NCBI GenBank assembly: GCA_900546565.1
Contig: URDC01000001.1
Span: 83,796-147,795 of the forward strand
DNA: 64,000 nucleotides
Direction of reading: 5' to 3'
DNA from: an uncultured Opitutales bacterium
GTDB lineage: Bacteria; Verrucomicrobiota; Verrucomicrobiia; Opitutales; Intestinicryptomonadaceae
Made by a program: the position numbers and the translations under genes. Under the pieces are notes generated by a model. The model was not told the DNA's origin. It saw only the letters and a list, made by a program, of their open reading frames with translations, and searched no databases. Shown here one piece after another: positions 11,880 through 20,798 of the stretch. The stretch's first letter is position 1. Every line of letters starts with the position of its first letter.

Positions 11880-12521
11880 ATGAGTCAAATACTAATAGGT
11901 AAAAAGCTGGGTATGACCCAGATTTTTGACGGAGACAACAGCCTTGTCGCTGTTACTGTCGTTGAGGCAGGTCCGTGCCCCGTCACACAGGTAAAAACAG
12001 CTCAGAGCGACGGATATGAAGCCGTCCAGATTGGCTTCAATGCGCAGAAAGAACAGCGTATGTCGAAGTCCTCGCTCGGGCACTTAAACAAAGCGGGTGT
12101 GTCTCCCGTAACTGAATTGGTCGAATTCCGCGTCGACAACGCTTCGGAATTTAAGGCTGGGGACGTTATGACTGTCGCGAAATTTGCGGAAGGTCAGATG
12201 GTCGACATTATCGGCACAACAAAAGGTCGCGGTTTTCAGGGCGTAATGAAGCGTCACAACTTCGACGGTCAGCCCGAAACGCACGGCCATATGATGCACC
12301 GTCGTCCCGGTTCGGTCGGCTGCCGCCAGACTCCTGGCCACGTCTACAAGGGTAGAAAGATGCCCGGTCATATGGGCCAAGTTCGTTGCACGACGCAGAA
12401 CCACGCTATCGTAAAAATTTTGGAAGACAAAAACATTCTCCTGATTAAGGGAAGTCTCCCCGGTGCGAAAGGCGATATGGTTATCGTCCGCACGGCTAAG
12501 AAAGTCAAGAAAGCACAATAA
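11880..12521 (+). CDS. rplC: 50S ribosomal protein L3
   Basis: 213 aa beginning MSQILIGKKLGMTQIFDG..., a typical L3. Confidence 0.94.
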   Translation: MSQILIGKKLGMTQIFDGDNSLVAVTVVEAGPCPVTQVKTAQSDGYEAVQIGFNAQKEQRMSKSSLGHLNKAGVSPVTELVEFRVDNASEFKAGDVMTVAKFAEGQMVDIIGTTKGRGFQGVMKRHNFDGQPETHGHMMHRRPGSVGCRQTPGHVYKGRKMPGHMGQVRCTTQNHAIVKILEDKNILLIKGSLPGAKGDMVIVRTAKKVKKAQ

Positions 12522-12535
12522 GGAGAGTCGCCGAT

Positions 12536-13165
12536 ATGAAACTTAAAGTTTACACAAAAGACGGTTCGAGCTTCGCGGAACAGGATTTCGCAAATATCCC
12601 CGAATTTGAAGAAAACAAGGGTTTGTTTGCCTTGAAGGAAACGCTCGTAGCCTATCAGGCGAATGCGCGTCAGGGCAATGCCTCAACTCTCGACTACGGC
12701 CACGTTAGCGGAACTTGCCGCAAGCCGTTTAAACAGAAGGGCGGCGGTCGTTCGCGTCACGGCACGATGAAGAGCCCGATTCACCGCGGCGGTGCTGTCG
12801 TTTTCGGTCCGACTCCCAGAGACTGGTCGAAAAAAATCAACCGCAAGGTCAAGGCTTTGGCTTTTGCAAGGGCGTTCTTCGACAAGTGCGTCGACGGCGG
12901 TCTGTGCGTAATCGAAGCGTTCGAAGCCCCCGAAAGAAAAACAAAGGCTGTCGCGAAAGTTTTGGCTAACATCAAGCCCGAAGGCAAGGTTTTGCTTATC
13001 GACGATGTTTTCGAAGACAATTTCATTTTGGCAAGCCGCAACATCGAAAGAGCCAACTTCTGCGAAAGCGCGGTCACAAGCGCGCTCGAACTCGTTCAGT
13101 TCGACAACGTCATTGTTTCGCGCAAGGGCTTGGACACGATGTTGGCAAGAATCAACAAGGACTAA
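12536..13165 (+). CDS. rplD: 50S ribosomal protein L4
   Basis: 209 aa at the L4 position of the S10 operon; contains the KQKGGGRSRHG-type motif. Confidence 0.93.
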   Translation: MKLKVYTKDGSSFAEQDFANIPEFEENKGLFALKETLVAYQANARQGNASTLDYGHVSGTCRKPFKQKGGGRSRHGTMKSPIHRGGAVVFGPTPRDWSKKINRKVKALAFARAFFDKCVDGGLCVIEAFEAPERKTKAVAKVLANIKPEGKVLLIDDVFEDNFILASRNIERANFCESAVTSALELVQFDNVIVSRKGLDTMLARINKD

Positions 13166-13179
13166 GAAAGAGGTAGGTC

Positions 13180-13467
13180 ATGATTAAGCCTGAAAATATT
13201 ATTAAGGGGGTCCGCGTGACTGAAAAGGCCGCCAACGCCCAGGTTGCAAACAAATACACGTTTGTTGTAGCCGAAGACGCGAACGCTATCGCGATTTCGC
13301 AGGCAGTTGAAAAGCTTTTCAATGTCAAGGTTGAGAAAGTAAACGTCATTAACGCCAAGGGTAAAGTTAAGGTCTCGCGCATGCGCAAAGCCGCTCCCGG
13401 AGTTAAGGGCAAAATGAAGAAGGCAATCGTCACGCTCAAAGCAGGCGATTCTATTCAATTAGCGTAA
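13180..13467 (+). CDS. rplW: 50S ribosomal protein L23
   Basis: 95 aa with L23-like sequence, at the expected position. Confidence 0.92.
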   Translation: MIKPENIIKGVRVTEKAANAQVANKYTFVVAEDANAIAISQAVEKLFNVKVEKVNVINAKGKVKVSRMRKAAPGVKGKMKKAIVTLKAGDSIQLA

Positions 13468-13484
13468 GCAAGGAGATTTGAAAA

Positions 13485-14330
13485 ATGGCAATTATTAAAA
13501 GAAGACCTTTGACTCCTGCCCAGAGATTTATGGAGTTGAGCCGTCCCGAAGTCGACAACAAGCGTCCGGAACGCTCGTTGACCGAAAGCAAGCACCGCGC
13601 GAAGGGTCGCAACTGCTACGGCAGAATCACGTCGCGCCGTCGCGGCGGCGGTCATAAAAGACTGTATCGCGTTGTCGATTTCAAGCGCGACATCGTAAAC
13701 GTTCCCGCAACGGTTATGGCTATCGAATACGACCCGTATCGTTCGGCGTATTTGGCGTTGTTGCAGTATGAAAACGGCGAAAAGCGTTACATCATCGCTT
13801 TGGACGGAATGAAAAAGGGCGACAAGGTTATGACTTTGGACAAACGCCCCGACGAATTCCCCGTCGGAATGTGCATGCCTCTTAAATTTATCCCCGCGGC
13901 GACGAGAATCAGCTCGATTGAAATGCAGCCCGGCAAGGGCGCGCAGATTGCCCGCGGCGCAGGCGCAGGCGCGCAGTTGGTTGCCGTCGAAGGCGGCGTT
14001 GCCACTGTGAAAATGCCCAGCGGCGAAATTCGTCTTATCAATGCGGAATGCCGCGCCGTTATCGGCGTAGTCGGCAACTTGGAATACCGCAACCAGAGCC
14101 TCGGCAAAGCCGGTAGAGTGCGCTGGTTGGGTAGGCGTCCGAGAGTCCGCGGTGTTGTGATGAATCCTGTCGACCACCCGATGGGCGGTGGTGAAGGTCG
14201 CACTTCGGGCGGCGGTCATCCGGTTTCTCCGTGGGGGCAGTTGGCAAAGGGTTATCCGACACGTACCAAGAGCAAGCCTTCAAATTCAATGATTCTGTTG
14301 CGTCGCAACGGGAAAAAGGCCAAGAAATAG
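13485..14330 (+). CDS. rplB: 50S ribosomal protein L2
   Basis: 281 aa with the conserved L2 C-terminus (GGGEGRTSGGGHPVSPWG). Confidence 0.95.
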   Translation: MAIIKRRPLTPAQRFMELSRPEVDNKRPERSLTESKHRAKGRNCYGRITSRRRGGGHKRLYRVVDFKRDIVNVPATVMAIEYDPYRSAYLALLQYENGEKRYIIALDGMKKGDKVMTLDKRPDEFPVGMCMPLKFIPAATRISSIEMQPGKGAQIARGAGAGAQLVAVEGGVATVKMPSGEIRLINAECRAVIGVVGNLEYRNQSLGKAGRVRWLGRRPRVRGVVMNPVDHPMGGGEGRTSGGGHPVSPWGQLAKGYPTRTKSKPSNSMILLRRNGKKAKK

Positions 14331-14351
14331 TTTACAGGAGAATAAATAATT

Positions 14352-14630
14352 ATGGCACGTTCAATTAAAAAAGGCCCGTTTGTCGACCCCAGTCTCCAAG
14401 ACAAAATCGACGAAGCCCAGAAGACGAACTCGCACAAGCCGATTCAGACTTGGTCGAGGCGTTCGATGATTACGCCCGATTTTATCGGTTTGAATTTCAA
14501 CGTCCACAACGGTAAAAAGTTTTTGCCCGTCTATGTTACGGAAAATATGGTAGGGCACAAGCTTGGCGAATTTGCGCCGACCCGTTTCTTCAAAGGACAC
14601 CAACCGCACACCAAAAAGGCAACTATGTAA
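14352..14630 (+). CDS. rpsS: 30S ribosomal protein S19
   Basis: 92 aa beginning [12 protein letters not shown]..., canonical S19. Confidence 0.95.
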   Translation: MARSIKKGPFVDPSLQDKIDEAQKTNSHKPIQTWSRRSMITPDFIGLNFNVHNGKKFLPVYVTENMVGHKLGEFAPTRFFKGHQPHTKKATM

Positions 14631-14631
14631 T

Positions 14632-14967
14632 ATGGCTCGGCTGGGCAAAGTTTTGTTTTGTTTGATTTTTTCAAGCGCGATGGGCTTTGCCGAGTCTCCC
14701 CGTTGGATAACGAAAGACAACTGTTATAATCCCGAAAACGCGGGAAGGGTGGTCGAAGTTATCGCGGGCGAAAACGCCGACTTGGTGGTTATAGATACGG
14801 GCTTTAAGGGCAATATGCGCATAGGCGCGGTTTGCACTGCAAAGAATCCCGACAAGACAACGGCGAAAGTCGTGGTGGTCGAGGCAACCGAAGACGAAAG
14901 TATCGCACTTATAATTACCAACGCAGAAATACAACAGGGAGCTGCCGTTCATATTACAGCAAACTAA
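14632..14967 (+). CDS. hypothetical small secreted protein (~111 aa) inserted between rpsS and rplV
   Basis: The ATG at 14632 lies 1 nt after the rpsS stop and is in frame with the tabulated ORF 14563..14967. The N-terminus MARLGKVLFCLIFSSAMGFA-ESP resembles a signal peptide. I recognise no known family. The ORF exactly fills the ~350-bp gap between rpsS and rplV. Confidence 0.55.
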   Translation: MARLGKVLFCLIFSSAMGFAESPRWITKDNCYNPENAGRVVEVIAGENADLVVIDTGFKGNMRIGAVCTAKNPDKTTAKVVVVEATEDESIALIITNAEIQQGAAVHITAN

Positions 14968-14983
14968 AAACAGAAAGATAACA

Positions 14984-15319
14984 ATGGAAGTTAAAGCTTT
15001 AACAAAGTTTGCGCGCATGTCAGACAAAAAGGTGCGCGAAATAGCACGCGAGATTCAGGGCCGCAACGCTGCGGAAGCGTTGGAAATCTTGAAACTCGTT
15101 CCGCGCAAGAGCGCGAGGTTGTTTGCTAAGACGCTCGCAAGCGCGATAGCTAACGCCGAAAACAACAACGGTCTTGCGGCCGCCAATTTAACAATCAAAA
15201 GCGCGATAGTCAACCAAGGTGTGGCTTTCAGACGTTTCAGACCCGTTGCCAGAGGCAGCGCGCATCCGATTCGCAAGAGAACCAGCCATATTTTGGTAGT
15301 CCTTAGCGACCAAAAATAA
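14984..15319 (+). CDS. rplV: 50S ribosomal protein L22
   Basis: 111 aa with L22-like sequence. Confidence 0.93.
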   Translation: MEVKALTKFARMSDKKVREIAREIQGRNAAEALEILKLVPRKSARLFAKTLASAIANAENNNGLAAANLTIKSAIVNQGVAFRRFRPVARGSAHPIRKRTSHILVVLSDQK

Positions 15320-15337
15320 TTAAAAGAGGCAGATAAT

Positions 15338-15970
15338 ATGGGTCAAAAAGTAAATCCAAAAGGTTTCCGTCTCGCAGTTCGTCGCGACTGGGAGTCGCGT
15401 TGGTTCGCGAATAAAGGGGACTATGCAGCATCAGTAAACGAAGATTATCGCATTCGCGAATTTCTTCGCGGCAAGCTCAAAAACGCGTCTGTTCCCCGCA
15501 TTTTCATCGAAAGAGCGGGCTCGCGCATCAGAGTGAAAATCTTCACGGCGCGTCCGGGTATGGTCATCGGTCAGAAAGGCGCGTTGCTCGACGCGTTGAA
15601 GGCCGACTTGGCGAAATTCATCGGCAAGGAAGTGATTGTCGACATTCAGGAAATCAAGAAGCCCGACCTCGACGCTTTCTTGGTTGCCGAAAGCATTGCT
15701 TTGCAGCTTGAACGCAGAATCTCGTTCCGCAGAGCCGTTAAAAAGGCCATCACGACTTGTATGGCAAGCGGCGCGGACGGTATCAAGGTTCAGGTCTCGG
15801 GTCGTTTGGGCGGCGCGGAAATTGCGCGTTGCGAATGGCAGAGAAAGGGCAGAATTCCCCTGCACACTTTGCGCGAAAACATCGATTACGGCTTCACCGA
15901 AGCTAACACCGTCTACGGTAAAATCGGCGTGAAATGCTGGTTGTGCTTGAAGTCGGAAGACAACATCTAA
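15338..15970 (+). CDS. rpsC: 30S ribosomal protein S3
   Basis: 210 aa beginning MGQKVNPKGFRL..., canonical S3. Confidence 0.95.
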   Translation: MGQKVNPKGFRLAVRRDWESRWFANKGDYAASVNEDYRIREFLRGKLKNASVPRIFIERAGSRIRVKIFTARPGMVIGQKGALLDALKADLAKFIGKEVIVDIQEIKKPDLDAFLVAESIALQLERRISFRRAVKKAITTCMASGADGIKVQVSGRLGGAEIARCEWQRKGRIPLHTLRENIDYGFTEANTVYGKIGVKCWLCLKSEDNI

Positions 15971-15988
15971 TTTTAGGGAGAGAAAAAT

Positions 15989-16417
15989 ATGGCAAATATT
16001 CTTCCAGCAAAAACTAAATACCGCAAGATGCACAAGGGCCGCAACCGCGGCATGGCTAAGGGCGGAGATACAATCGCATTCGGCGATTACGCAATTCAGG
16101 CGATAGAACGCGGCAAGTGTTCGTCTTCGCAGCTCGAAGCCGCTCGTGTTGCAATCAACAGGCACTTCAAGCGCCGCGGTAAGGTTTGGATGCGCGTATT
16201 CCCGCAGAGGTCGGTAACCAAGAAACCCGCCGAAACCCGTCAGGGTAAGGGTAAGGGCTCGGTCGAATTCTGGGCGGCAATCATTAAACCGGGCAGCATT
16301 TTGTTCGAAGTTTCGGGCGTTCCCGCAAGCATGGCAAGAGAAGCTATGAGACTGGCGGACGGAAAACTTCCGTTTAAATGCAAGTTCGTGGTGCGCGAAG
16401 GCGTTGAAATTCTATAA
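15989..16417 (+). CDS. rplP: 50S ribosomal protein L16
   Basis: 142 aa, L16-like (KMHKGRNRG...). Confidence 0.94.
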   Translation: MANILPAKTKYRKMHKGRNRGMAKGGDTIAFGDYAIQAIERGKCSSSQLEAARVAINRHFKRRGKVWMRVFPQRSVTKKPAETRQGKGKGSVEFWAAIIKPGSILFEVSGVPASMAREAMRLADGKLPFKCKFVVREGVEIL

Positions 16418-16430
16418 GGAGATTTGAAAG

Positions 16431-16613
16431 ATGAAATCGAAGGAAATTAGAGAGCTTTCAGCCGAAGAGATGGCGAAAAAATTGCGCGATATGCGCGAGG
16501 AATTGCTCAATCTCAACATTCGCAAAGGCACCGCACAGGTTGAGAATACCGGCCGCATCAGACAGTTGCGCCGCGATATTGCTCGGTTTGAAACCATTAA
16601 AGCTCAGAAATAA
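16431..16613 (+). CDS. rpmC: 50S ribosomal protein L29
   Basis: 60 aa beginning MKSKEIRELS..., L29-like. Confidence 0.9.
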   Translation: MKSKEIRELSAEEMAKKLRDMREELLNLNIRKGTAQVENTGRIRQLRRDIARFETIKAQK

Positions 16614-16622
16614 GGCAAAACA

Positions 16623-16901
16623 ATGTCGGAAAATACAAGAAAGTCACGCAGAAGTCTCGTCGGCGTCGTAACGTCGAAGTCGGGGGACAAAAGCATAAAG
16701 CTTACATATTTCTACAAGGTTCCGCACCCGTTGTACCGCAAGGAAATTCGCCGCAAGACGGTTATTCACGTCCACGACGAAAACAACGAATGCGCGCTTG
16801 GCGACAAGGTCGAAGTTACGGAAACGCGCCCTGTCAGCAAGCTCAAAAGATTCCGCGTAGTTCGCATAATTGAAAAGGCTCCCGTAGTGGCAGCAGAATA
16901 A
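16623..16901 (+). CDS. rpsQ: 30S ribosomal protein S17
   Basis: 92 aa, S17-like (LVGVVTSKSGDKSI). Confidence 0.92.
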   Translation: MSENTRKSRRSLVGVVTSKSGDKSIKLTYFYKVPHPLYRKEIRRKTVIHVHDENNECALGDKVEVTETRPVSKLKRFRVVRIIEKAPVVAAE

Positions 16902-16913
16902 GGAGAGCACGAT

Positions 16914-17279
16914 ATGATACAAATGCAGACAAAGCTCGTTGTTGCCGACAACACGGGTGCGAAAGAAGTCGCTATGATTCGTCGTTTGGGTCAGCGCAGC
17001 AGAACCGCCAAGGTCGGCGACGTCATCGTCGTTGCCGTAAAAAGCTCGACTCCCGATGCGGCAGTCAAGAAGGGCACGGTTGCCAAGGCAGTCATAGTCA
17101 GAACAAAAGCTCCGATTCGCAGAAACGACGGTTCGTATTTGCGTTTCGACACGAATGCGTGCGTTATTCTCGACGGCACGGGCAATCCGAAAGGTACGCG
17201 TATCTTCGGGCCTGTCGCGCGCGAATTGCGTTCGAAGAACTATATGAAAATCGTATCGTTGGCACCGGAGGTCTTGTAA
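16914..17279 (+). CDS. rplN: 50S ribosomal protein L14
   Basis: 121 aa beginning [17 protein letters not shown]..., canonical L14. Confidence 0.95.
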   Translation: MIQMQTKLVVADNTGAKEVAMIRRLGQRSRTAKVGDVIVVAVKSSTPDAAVKKGTVAKAVIVRTKAPIRRNDGSYLRFDTNACVILDGTGNPKGTRIFGPVARELRSKNYMKIVSLAPEVL

Positions 17280-17280
17280 T

Positions 17281-17526
17281 ATGAAAAGATTTGTTAAAAA
17301 AGGCGACGAAGTAGTAGTTATCTCCGGTTCTTCCAAGGGCAAGCGCGGCAAAATCATGCAGGTTTTCCCGAAGGACGAACGCGTTTTGGTCGAGGGCGTA
17401 AATGTCCGCAAGCACCACGAACGCAAGAGCGAGAAAAATCCCGAGGGCGCTATCGTTGAACGCGAAGCTCCCATCCACATTTCAAACGTAATGCCGGCTG
17501 GGCGTTTCGATGCCAAGAAAAAATAG
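17281..17526 (+). CDS. rplX: 50S ribosomal protein L24
   Basis: 81 aa with the [14 protein letters not shown] motif. Confidence 0.92.
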   Translation: MKRFVKKGDEVVVISGSSKGKRGKIMQVFPKDERVLVEGVNVRKHHERKSEKNPEGAIVEREAPIHISNVMPAGRFDAKKK

Positions 17527-17562
17527 GCTCGGACGTAATCAGAGGCCAAAAAAGACAAAAAA

Positions 17563-18111
17563 ATGAGCACACCCGTATTAAAGAAAATATATATGGAGAA
17601 AGTCGTTCCCGAATTGAAAAAGAATTTGGGAATCGAAAATCCGCATGTTGTGCCCAACTTGGAGAAGATAGTAATCAGCTCCGGTATCCGCAGCGAAAAC
17701 GCTAAGGGTTGGGCGCAGGAAGTCGCAAAGGAAATAGCCAAGATTACAGGTCAGCAGCCTGTCATCACAAAGGCGCGCAAGAGCATCGCGAATTTCAAAT
17801 TGCGCGAAGGTCAGGAAAACGGCGTGAAGGTAACTTTGCGCGGCGCGACGATGTGGGAATTCCTCTACAAATTCATCGCGGTAGTTCTTCCGTCGATTCG
17901 AGATTTCAGAGGCGTAAGTTTGAGGCTTGACGGCGCGGGCAACTATAACTACGGCATTGCCGACCATACAATCTTCCCCGAAATTACGGTCGACCCGAAC
18001 AGGAAGAACATCGGTATGGACATCACAATCGTAACAACGGCGACCGACGACAAGTCGGGGAGAGAGCTGCTCAAATTGTTGGGTATGCCTTTCAGAAAGT
18101 CGAATTCATAG
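17563..18111 (+). CDS. rplE: 50S ribosomal protein L5
   Basis: 182 aa, L5-like. Confidence 0.94.
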   Translation: MSTPVLKKIYMEKVVPELKKNLGIENPHVVPNLEKIVISSGIRSENAKGWAQEVAKEIAKITGQQPVITKARKSIANFKLREGQENGVKVTLRGATMWEFLYKFIAVVLPSIRDFRGVSLRLDGAGNYNYGIADHTIFPEITVDPNRKNIGMDITIVTTATDDKSGRELLKLLGMPFRKSNS

Positions 18112-18129
18112 TCCTGAAAGAGTTATAAT

Positions 18130-18435
18130 ATGGCAAAAAAATCATCCATACAACGCAATTTGAAACGCCAGAAATTGGTTGCGAAATATGCTGCCAAGAA
18201 GGCGGAACTCAAAAAGATTTTGAGCAACCCCAACACAAGCGACGAAGAATTCTTTGAAGCTCAGCGCAAATTGTGCAAAATTCCGCGCAACGCATCGAAG
18301 ATTCGCATCCGCAATCGCTGCTCGATTACGGGGCGTCCGAGGGCTTATATCCGCAAGTTCGGCTTGTCGCGTATTACTTTCAGAGAATTGGCTCTTGATG
18401 GTAAACTGCCGGGCGTAACAAAATCATCGTGGTAA
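18130..18435 (+). CDS. rpsN: 30S ribosomal protein S14 (long form)
   Basis: 101 aa with the S14 C-terminal [26 protein letters not shown] motif. Confidence 0.93.
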   Translation: MAKKSSIQRNLKRQKLVAKYAAKKAELKKILSNPNTSDEEFFEAQRKLCKIPRNASKIRIRNRCSITGRPRAYIRKFGLSRITFRELALDGKLPGVTKSSW

Positions 18436-18453
18436 TGCGAAAGGATAAATAAT

Positions 18454-18846
18454 ATGGCAACTCACGACAGTATTGGCGACTTTTTGACAATAGTGCGCAA
18501 CGCAAGCAGAGCCGGAAAAGAATCCTGCACCACCCAATGGTCGAGGATTCGCGAAGGCATAGCTTCGATTTTGAAGGACGAAGGTTATATTTCGAACTAC
18601 GAAGTTAGCGGCGACGTTAAAAAGCAACTCACAATCACAATGAAATACATCGACGGCGTGCCCGCCATCACGGGCATCACGAGGGAATCGACACCCGGTT
18701 GCCGTCGTTATTTCGAATACCGCAGCATTCCGCGCGTTCTCAACGGTATGGGTATCTCGATTTTGACGACCTCGCAGGGCGTCTTGAAGGATTCCGACTG
18801 CCGCACGAAGAAAGCTGGCGGGGAAATTCTCTGCAAAGTTTGGTAA
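18454..18846 (+). CDS. rpsH: 30S ribosomal protein S8
   Basis: 130 aa, S8-like (DSIGDFLTIVRNA). Confidence 0.94.
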   Translation: MATHDSIGDFLTIVRNASRAGKESCTTQWSRIREGIASILKDEGYISNYEVSGDVKKQLTITMKYIDGVPAITGITRESTPGCRRYFEYRSIPRVLNGMGISILTTSQGVLKDSDCRTKKAGGEILCKVW

Positions 18847-18858
18847 GGAAGGCAAGAT

Positions 18859-19407
18859 ATGAGTAGAATAGGTAAACTTCCAGTAAAAATTCCCGCAGGC
18901 GTGAAGGCGTCGGTGGTGGACAATGTGGTTTCGGTAGAAGGCGCGAAGGGCAAACTTTCGCAGTCGTTCAACAAGGCGGTTTCGATTGTTCTTGAAGGCG
19001 ACGAAATCAAGGTTTCGACTGCGTCGGCGTCGCGTCTTTCGAATGCGATGCACGGAACTGCCCGCAGCATTATAGCGGCTATGGTCAACGGCGTTGTGAA
19101 CGGTTACCAGAAGGTTTTGGAAATCAAGGGCGTCGGTTTTAAGGCAGACCTCAAAGGCAAGGTTTTGACGTTGTCGTTGGGTTATGCGCACCCCTGCGTA
19201 TACAATCTGCCCGAAGGCATCAATGTCGTAATCGGCGAAACTCCCGACAGAAATCCGTTGGTCACGGTTTCGGGCGCGAGCAAGCACATGGTTGGGCAGG
19301 TCGCTTCCGATTTGAAACACTTCTATCCCGTCGAACCGTATAAGGGCAAGGGTGTCAGAATCCACGGAGAATACGTCCGCCGCAAGGAAGGCAAGAAAAC
19401 TGCGTAA
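18859..19407 (+). CDS. rplF: 50S ribosomal protein L6
   Basis: 182 aa beginning MSRIGKLPVKIPAGV..., L6. Confidence 0.94.
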   Translation: MSRIGKLPVKIPAGVKASVVDNVVSVEGAKGKLSQSFNKAVSIVLEGDEIKVSTASASRLSNAMHGTARSIIAAMVNGVVNGYQKVLEIKGVGFKADLKGKVLTLSLGYAHPCVYNLPEGINVVIGETPDRNPLVTVSGASKHMVGQVASDLKHFYPVEPYKGKGVRIHGEYVRRKEGKKTA

Positions 19408-19415
19408 TTGCGGAT

Positions 19416-19793
19416 TTGAAAGGAAACATTATGAAATTTCTCAAGAAAAAAGAATTGCAACAGAAACGTCATTGGAGAGTTCGCTCGAAGGTGTGTGGTT
19501 CTGCGGAACGTCCGCGTCTTTCGTTGTGCTTGTCGAACAAGCACATTTATGCACAGTGCATAAACGACCACGAAGGCAAGACGATTGTTTCGCTTTGCTC
19601 GACTTCAAAGGAACTCGCGGGCGAAAAGCTTTTGCCCAATATGGCGGGAACTCAGGCTCTGGGTGCGAAGTTCGGCGAAAAGCTCAAAGCCGCGGGCGTT
19701 ACGGCTGTCGTTTTCGACAGAGGTTCGCGCCGCTATCACGGTTGCGTCAAGAGCTTTGCTGACGCGGTTCGCGCAGCCGGTATTAACTTCTAA
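19416..19793 (+). CDS. rplR: 50S ribosomal protein L18
   Basis: 125 aa, L18-like. Confidence 0.92.
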   Translation: MKGNIMKFLKKKELQQKRHWRVRSKVCGSAERPRLSLCLSNKHIYAQCINDHEGKTIVSLCSTSKELAGEKLLPNMAGTQALGAKFGEKLKAAGVTAVVFDRGSRRYHGCVKSFADAVRAAGINF

Positions 19794-19806
19794 CAGGAAT
19801 AGATAA

Positions 19807-20313
19807 ATGAGTAGAGAATTTAAAAACAGACAGGCTGCTGCCGACAAAGACGCGGGGCCGGAACTCATTGAAAAGGTTGTGCACATCAACCGTTGCGCCA
19901 AGGTCGTAAAGGGCGGTCGCCGCTTTACGTTTGCGGCTTTGGTTGTTGTCGGCGACGGCAACGGCAAAATCGGCGTTGGCACGGGTAAAGCTAAGGAAGT
20001 TCCAGACGCCATCAAGAAGGCTTCGGACAGAGCCCGCAAGGTGATGAAGTTCGTCAGCCTCAAAGACGGCTCGATTCCGCACGAAGTAATCGGTTCTTGC
20101 GACGGCGGCGTAGTTTTGTTGCGTCCCGCCAGCCAAGGTACGGGCGTTATCGCGGGCGGCAGCGTTCGCGACGTCTTGGAAGCGGTCGGCGTTAAGGACG
20201 TTCTGAGTAAATCGCTCGGTTCGAACAACCGTATGGCAATGGTAAATGCGACGCTCAAAGCTTTGTATCAGCTCAGAACTGCCGAAGCTATCAGCGCGTT
20301 GAGAAGCAAATAG
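19807..20313 (+). CDS. rpsE: 30S ribosomal protein S5
   Basis: 168 aa, S5-like ([40 protein letters not shown]). rplO follows directly, with no rpmD. Confidence 0.94.
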   Translation: MSREFKNRQAAADKDAGPELIEKVVHINRCAKVVKGGRRFTFAALVVVGDGNGKIGVGTGKAKEVPDAIKKASDRARKVMKFVSLKDGSIPHEVIGSCDGGVVLLRPASQGTGVIAGGSVRDVLEAVGVKDVLSKSLGSNNRMAMVNATLKALYQLRTAEAISALRSK

Positions 20314-20325
20314 GAGATTTAGAAA

Positions 20326-20775
20326 ATGAAATTGCACACACTTTCCAATCCGAAAGGCGCGAAGCATTCAAGCAAACGTTTGGGTTGCGGCGTAGGCAGC
20401 GGCCACGGCAAAACGTCGGGTCGCGGACACAAGGGCGCGAAGGCTCGCAGCGGCGGGCACGTCCGTCCGGGGTTCGAAGGCGGTCAGATGCCTTTGTACC
20501 GCAAGTTGCCGCACCGCGGTTTCAACAACTACAAGTTCAGAGTCGAATACGCCACGGTAAATGTGGGCGACCTCGACGCGTTGGGCTTGGAGGAAGTTTC
20601 GAGAAACGACTTGGTTATGGCGGGTTTGGTCAGAGCCAAGGACGCTTTGGTCAAGGTGCTCGGTTTCGGCGAAGTTTCGAAGAAAATCGTTGTCCACGCC
20701 GACAAGTTCTCGGCGAGCGCGGTTGCGAAACTCGAAGCGGCAGGCGGCAAAGCGGTCGTCAACGATGCCGAATAA
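20326..20775 (+). CDS. rplO: 50S ribosomal protein L15
   Basis: 149 aa with the Gly/Arg-rich N-terminus typical of L15. Confidence 0.93.
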   Translation: MKLHTLSNPKGAKHSSKRLGCGVGSGHGKTSGRGHKGAKARSGGHVRPGFEGGQMPLYRKLPHRGFNNYKFRVEYATVNVGDLDALGLEEVSRNDLVMAGLVRAKDALVKVLGFGEVSKKIVVHADKFSASAVAKLEAAGGKAVVNDAE

Positions 20776-20798
20776 ATTGAAATAAAGACAGGTAAGAT

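Noticed and set aside
15431-19365. Long minus-strand ORFs (15431-16165, 16644-17741, 18424-19365) antisense to the spc ribosomal genes
   Set aside because: Opposite-strand shadows of highly conserved ribosomal protein genes. They show no motifs, only GC-driven open frames.
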